From the NCBI GenBank assembly GCA_015065395.1, contig SVQJ01000001.1:1-31292 (forward strand): a DNA stretch of 31,292 nucleotides, written 5' to 3'. Below the pieces are notes generated by a model. That model did no database searches and was not told the origin of the DNA. It worked only from the letters and a program-made list of their open reading frames with translations. The translations under genes and the position numbers were made by a program. The DNA comes from Oscillospiraceae bacterium (GTDB taxonomy: Bacteria; Bacillota; Clostridia; Oscillospirales; CAG-272). Shown piece by piece: positions 26,641 through 31,292 of the stretch. Position 1 is the first letter of the stretch. The number at the start of each line of letters is the position of its first letter.

Positions 26641-27534
26641 ATGGCAAACAGTATGACGGCCTTCGGCAGAGCAAAGGCTCTCACCGCCGATGGCTCTAAG
26701 AATATAACCTGCGAGATCAAATCCGTAAATTCCCGATATCTGGATTGCTCCGTTAAAATATCCCGCGTTTTTTCCTATCTTGAGGAAAAGGTGAAGGCAT
26801 ATCTCACTCAGAAGGGTATAGTCCGCGGCAAGGTGGAGATCTATATCGGAGTTGAGATAATTGAGCAGAAGGGTATCGAGACTGCTCTTGACAGTGCCGC
26901 GGCACTGTCTTACATACAGGCACTTTATAAGCTGAGAGATGAGTTCGGCCTTCCCGATGATATAAGCGTTATGAGTGTTGCCCAGAATAAAGAGCTTTTC
27001 TGTGTTGTCCGTCCCGAGGAGGATGCACAGAGAGATTGGCTGGATGTTCAGAGCGTTCTTGATGTTGCAATAGAATCCTTCCTTGAAAGAAGAAAGGCCG
27101 AGGGCGAGAGGCTTGTGGAGGATATCGCAGCAAAGATCGAGGGCATCAGAGCTATCGCCGAAAGGATCAAGGATCTTTCAGCAAATGATATTCAGGGCTA
27201 CAGCGCAAAGCTTGAGGAGAGGATCAAAAAGCTGCTTTCCGATTTCGATGTGGAGATAAGCGAGCAGAGGATCCTTACTGAGGCTGCCATATTTGCGGAT
27301 AAGGCGGCTATTGATGAGGAGCTTGTCCGCCTTGAAAGCCATTTCAAGACCTTTTATGAAATAATCGCATCTCCCGAGCCCTGCGGCAGAAAGCTTGATT
27401 TTCTCCTTCAGGAGATGAACCGTGAGATAAACACAACAGGCTCTAAGGCAAGCAACGCTGATATCGCTCATCTGGTAGTGGACGTTAAGGCAGAGCTTGA
27501 AAAAATAAGAGAACAGATACAGAATATAGAATAA
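26641..27534 (+). CDS. yicC: YicC/YloC family endoribonuclease
   Basis: SMTAFGR, EIKSVNSRYLD, RGKVEI, IDEELVRLESH and GRKLDFLLQEMNREINTTGSK motifs. Confidence 0.93.
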   Translation: MANSMTAFGRAKALTADGSKNITCEIKSVNSRYLDCSVKISRVFSYLEEKVKAYLTQKGIVRGKVEIYIGVEIIEQKGIETALDSAAALSYIQALYKLRDEFGLPDDISVMSVAQNKELFCVVRPEEDAQRDWLDVQSVLDVAIESFLERRKAEGERLVEDIAAKIEGIRAIAERIKDLSANDIQGYSAKLEERIKKLLSDFDVEISEQRILTEAAIFADKAAIDEELVRLESHFKTFYEIIASPEPCGRKLDFLLQEMNREINTTGSKASNADIAHLVVDVKAELEKIREQIQNIE

Positions 27535-27535
27535 A

Positions 27536-27796
27536 ATGAGATTTGTTAATATCGGATTCAATAATATGATCGCCGCAGAAAGAATAGTGGCAATAATCGG
27601 CCCGGAAAGCGCTCCTGCCAAAAGGCTCGTTCAGGATGCCAAGGATTCGGGAAGAACGGTGGATTGCTCAGGCGGCAAAAAAACAAGATCTATCATAATA
27701 ACGGACAGCGACCATGTTATCCTCTCCTCTATCCAGACAGAAACCGTCACCGCCCGTATAGCAGGAGAAGAAAGCGAGGATATGGATGATGAATAA
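27536..27796 (+). CDS. remA: RemA/DUF370 family regulator
   Basis: NIGFNN, PESAPAKRL and TRSIIITDSDHVILS motifs; canonical position between yloC and gmk. Confidence 0.9.
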   Translation: MRFVNIGFNNMIAAERIVAIIGPESAPAKRLVQDAKDSGRTVDCSGGKKTRSIIITDSDHVILSSIQTETVTARIAGEESEDMDDE

Positions 27797-28400
27797 CGGA
27801 AAAGTAGTGGTTCTTTCCGGCCCCTCCGGCGGCGGAAAGGGAACCGTTGTAAAAGCCTTGCTTGAGCTGATGCCGGAGATGGCTCTTTCCGTTTCCGCAA
27901 CCACAAGGCAGCCGAGAGCGGGCGAGGTGGACGGAAGAGAGTACCATTTCATAGCAAAAGAGGATTTTGAAAATATGATCGCAAACGGCGAGGTCCTTGA
28001 ATATACCAGCTATTGCGATAATTATTACGGAACGCCCAAAAAGCCTGCGGTCGAGGCAACGGAGCAGGGAAGAGATTTCTTCCTTGAGATCGAGGTGGAC
28101 GGAGCATTGCAGATCAAAAAAAGATATCCCGAGGCAGTGCTCATAATGCTCATCCCCCCAAGCCTCAGCGAGCTTGAATCGCGCCTTCGCCAAAGAGGCA
28201 CAGAAAGCGAGGAGGTCATCGCAAAAAGGCTCAAAAGAGCGGCGGAGGAGATAGAGTTTGCCGAAAAATACGATTATATAGTCGTTAATGAAACAGGCAA
28301 GATAGAGGAGTGCGCCGAAAGGATCCGCTCCATAATCAGCGCGGAAAAGAACAGATACTGCGCCATGAAAGAAACAGCAGATAATTTCACATCCAGATAA
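27786..28400 (+). CDS. gmk: Guanylate kinase
   Basis: SGPSGGGKGT, SVSATTRQPRAGEVDGREYHF, YYGTP and EIEVDGA motifs. Confidence 0.96.
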   Translation: MMNNGKVVVLSGPSGGGKGTVVKALLELMPEMALSVSATTRQPRAGEVDGREYHFIAKEDFENMIANGEVLEYTSYCDNYYGTPKKPAVEATEQGRDFFLEIEVDGALQIKKRYPEAVLIMLIPPSLSELESRLRQRGTESEEVIAKRLKRAAEEIEFAEKYDYIVVNETGKIEECAERIRSIISAEKNRYCAMKETADNFTSR

Positions 28401-28422
28401 AGAGGAACAAAGGAGAAAAATC

Positions 28423-28722
28423 ATGATCAAACCTTCCATCACAGACCTTACCAAGGGCGAATTCAACAGATATACTCTTGCTCTCGCAACTGCAAAGTGC
28501 GCGAGAATGATCACAGATGAGTACGTAAACCAGAGAGAGATCGCCGAGCACAGGATCGCAAATAAAGAAACTGATAAGAGCATCGCTTCCATGATAAACC
28601 GCGAGTACAGAGATGAAAAGGCGGTAAAGGTAGCTGTAAATAAGCTTTACAATAAGGATTTTGTTATCGTCGGCTATACGGACGGCGATATCGCAGAAGA
28701 AGAGAATACGGAAGAGAACTGA
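28423..28722 (+). CDS. rpoZ: RNA polymerase omega subunit (divergent)
   Basis: MIKPSI..., NRYTLALATAKCAR and EKAVKVAV segments; conserved position after gmk. Confidence 0.78.
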   Translation: MIKPSITDLTKGEFNRYTLALATAKCARMITDEYVNQREIAEHRIANKETDKSIASMINREYRDEKAVKVAVNKLYNKDFVIVGYTDGDIAEEENTEEN

Positions 28723-28730
28723 AAATCAAC

Positions 28731-28762
28731 AACTGCCGCCGCTTTGCTGACGGCAGTTTTTT
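28731..28762 (+). terminator. Intrinsic terminator after rpoZ
   Basis: AACTGCCG...CGGCAGTT stem followed by a T tract. Confidence 0.65.
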
Positions 28763-28793
28763 GAAATATGAAAATGCATGGGGAGGGAACGGA

Positions 28794-31292
28794 TTGGAAA
28801 AAGTAAATAAAGCCAAATATGCATCGGTGCGTATCCTTGACGTGCCCTATCATGCAGACAGACCTTACGATTATTATATCCCGTCGGATCTTTGGGACAG
28901 CGTTTGCGAGGGATGCTTTGTAAGCGTTCCGTTCGGACGGGGAAACCGTAACGTGGGGGCGGTGGTAACGTCTCTTTCGGAAAGTACCGAATATGACGAA
29001 GCAAAGCCTATTGCCGCAGTTTCGGCGGGGGGCGCTCTCCTTGACAGCGAGGCGATATCCCTTTGCCGCTTTCTGTGTGATTATACCCTGTGTACCTTCG
29101 GAGAGGCGGTAAGATGTGCCGTTCCCTCGGCGGCACTCTCAAAGCTTGATGAGTATCTGACGGTGACCGACAGTGAAAAGGGCTTGAGTAAGCTTTCCGA
29201 GAAGGCACTTATATTTTATACCTATATAAAGGCGAGAGGGACGGTCTCAAGAGGAAAGCTCAAGAGCCAGTTCGGCGATGAAGCCGCAACCCTCACTGCA
29301 AGTCTTGTAAAGCTGGGACTTGTAAAAAAAGAGGCAAAAGTAAAAGAGGCAACCAATTTTAAGTATATAACATATATTTCTCTGAAGGACAAAACGGAAG
29401 CGTTGAAGGCGGCAGAAAAAACCAGGAGCCCCATACAAAGGGAAATTATTTTGCTTTTGTCTAAAATAGGCCGTGCCGGAGCAGATGAGCTGGAGATGAG
29501 GATCGGCAAAAACGTGAAGGCACAGCTCTCAACCCTTGAGAAAAAAGGGATAATCTCCATCGAGAGGATAGAAAGCTACAGAAACCCGTATATAGGCAAC
29601 TGCCAAAATAAAAGCAGTGAGCCGCCGCTCTCAAAGGAGCAGACCGTAGCGTACGATACCCTTTCTCAGCTGTACCGAAGCGACAGCGCAAAGGCGGCGC
29701 TTCTTCACGGAGTGACGGGAAGCGGAAAAACAAGGGTAATAAAGGAAATGATAGATCTTGTCATCGCAGATGGCAAGGGCGTTATAATGCTGGTTCCTGA
29801 GATATCCCTCACCCCTCAGACCGTTGGATATTTTTGCTCAATGTACGGAGATCGGGTGGCGGTCATCCATTCAAATCTTTCTCAGGGGGAGAGATTTGAT
29901 GCGTGGAAGAGGATAAAGAAGGGTGAGGCAAGCGTTGTTATCGGAACGAGAAGCGCCATATTTGCTCCCCTTAAAAATATCGGCATGATAGTCATCGATG
30001 AGGAGCAGGAGCATACTTATAAATCAGATACGGATCCTAAATATCTTGCACACGATGTGGCAAGGTACAGAGCAGGAAAGCATAATTGCCTGATGCTCCT
30101 TTCCTCTGCAACCCCCTCCCTTGCCTCCTATCATAAGGCGGTAAGCGGCGTGTATACCCTTGTTGAAATGAAAAACCGCGTGGGAAGGGCAGCTCTTCCC
30201 CAGGTCATGATAAGCGATATGCGATTTGAAGGGGACGCGGGTAATGTTTCCCCCGTCGGTACGGTGCTTCGCGAGTCTCTTTGCCGTGTATATGCTGAGG
30301 GTAAGCAGTCCATAGTATTTCTCAACCGCAGAGGATATAACAGCGCAGTTTCATGTCGGGTATGCGGTGAGGCGATAAATTGCCCGAGCTGCTCCGTTTC
30401 TCTCACATATCACACAAAAATGCCCTTGGGAGAGACGGACGATGCGAAGGCGTATCTGCGTATGCGAAGCGAGAGAGGCGTGCTGTCCTGCCACTATTGC
30501 GGATATAAAACCAAATTGCCCGAGCTTTGCCCCTCATGTAAGGCAGAGCATTTCAGATTTGTGGGATGCGGAACTCAGAAGGCTCAGGAGGAGATCGAAA
30601 AGGCTGTTCCCGGCGCCAGAGTTATCCGCATGGATATGGACACGACAACAACCAAAAACTCTCATAGCGAGATATTGGAGAAATTCCGTAAGGGTGAGGC
30701 TGATATCCTCCTGGGAACGCAGATGGTCACAAAGGGGCACGATTTTCCCGCGGTGACCCTCGTGGGCGTCATGAATGCTGATTCCAGCCTGTATCTTGAC
30801 GATTTCAAGGCAAGCGAAAAAACCTTTTCCATGCTCACTCAGGTTGTGGGCAGAGCCGGAAGGGGAGAGGACCCGGGCATGGCCGTTATCCAAACCTCAA
30901 ATCCGGATTCCCAGATAATACGCTTGGCGGCAATGCAGGATTATAAAAGCTTTTATGAAAGCGAGATAAAATTGCGAAAGGCGCTGGTGTTTCCGCCTTT
31001 TTGCGATATAGGCGTGATAACCCTTTCCGGAAGCGATGAAGCTCTGCTGTCTGCAGGAGCACTGAAGCTTGCCGGCAGAACGAAGGAGCTTTTGTCGGGT
31101 GAGTATTCCGACGTGGAGGCCGTGGTGTTCGGTCCCTTTGAGGCACCTGTTTATAAGGTACAGAACACCTGCAGGATGCGTCTTGTGATAAAATGCCGCC
31201 TGAACCGCAGAGCGAGACATTTTATCGCTCAGCTTCTTTATGAATTCGGCCGCTCAGGCGCAAAGAATCTTAGTATAAGTGCGGATCTTAAT
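28794..31292 (+). CDS. priA: Primosomal protein N' helicase (runs off window end, nearly complete)
   Basis: Not in the track. TTG start with GGAGGG at 28782-28787. Manual translation gives YDYYIP, VPFGRG, LLHGVTGSGKT, IDEEQEH, SATPS, LNRRGY, four CxxC pairs and GTQMVTKGHDFP, ending ...NLSISADLN at the window edge. Confidence 0.95.
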   Translation, partial: MEKVNKAKYASVRILDVPYHADRPYDYYIPSDLWDSVCEGCFVSVPFGRGNRNVGAVVTSLSESTEYDEAKPIAAVSAGGALLDSEAISLCRFLCDYTLCTFGEAVRCAVPSAALSKLDEYLTVTDSEKGLSKLSEKALIFYTYIKARGTVSRGKLKSQFGDEAATLTASLVKLGLVKKEAKVKEATNFKYITYISLKDKTEALKAAEKTRSPIQREIILLLSKIGRAGADELEMRIGKNVKAQLSTLEKKGIISIERIESYRNPYIGNCQNKSSEPPLSKEQTVAYDTLSQLYRSDSAKAALLHGVTGSGKTRVIKEMIDLVIADGKGVIMLVPEISLTPQTVGYFCSMYGDRVAVIHSNLSQGERFDAWKRIKKGEASVVIGTRSAIFAPLKNIGMIVIDEEQEHTYKSDTDPKYLAHDVARYRAGKHNCLMLLSSATPSLASYHKAVSGVYTLVEMKNRVGRAALPQVMISDMRFEGDAGNVSPVGTVLRESLCRVYAEGKQSIVFLNRRGYNSAVSCRVCGEAINCPSCSVSLTYHTKMPLGETDDAKAYLRMRSERGVLSCHYCGYKTKLPELCPSCKAEHFRFVGCGTQKAQEEIEKAVPGARVIRMDMDTTTTKNSHSEILEKFRKGEADILLGTQMVTKGHDFPAVTLVGVMNADSSLYLDDFKASEKTFSMLTQVVGRAGRGEDPGMAVIQTSNPDSQIIRLAAMQDYKSFYESEIKLRKALVFPPFCDIGVITLSGSDEALLSAGALKLAGRTKELLSGEYSDVEAVVFGPFEAPVYKVQNTCRMRLVIKCRLNRRARHFIAQLLYEFGRSGAKNLSISADLN

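Overview
Chromosomal window from a Clostridia-like Firmicute (inferred from gene order and gene families). Housekeeping content: partial LTA-synthase-like gene, csoR-copA with a clear CsoR operator, ptsH, uvrC-rsmD-coaD, a hydrolase/membrane-anchored MurF/Ddl cluster, mtaB, nagA-nagB plus an atypical ROK gene, ytvI-like, yicC-remA-gmk-rpoZ, and priA running off the end. Unusual content: (1) a three-gene cyclophilin cluster whose last gene is a receptor-like Ser/Thr kinase with a predicted extracellular HtrA-type PDZ domain and a cyclophilin domain lacking its catalytic residues; (2) two dispersed copies of a 250-280 bp highly structured intergenic element with inverted hairpin ends, a covarying 29-bp stem and an inverted loop; (3) a codon-biased surface protein with CBM9-like and cohesin-like domains, near a dockerin-bearing CotH kinase. 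No rRNA, tRNA, CRISPR array or transposase was recognised. All family calls come from motif recognition by eye, without database searches.
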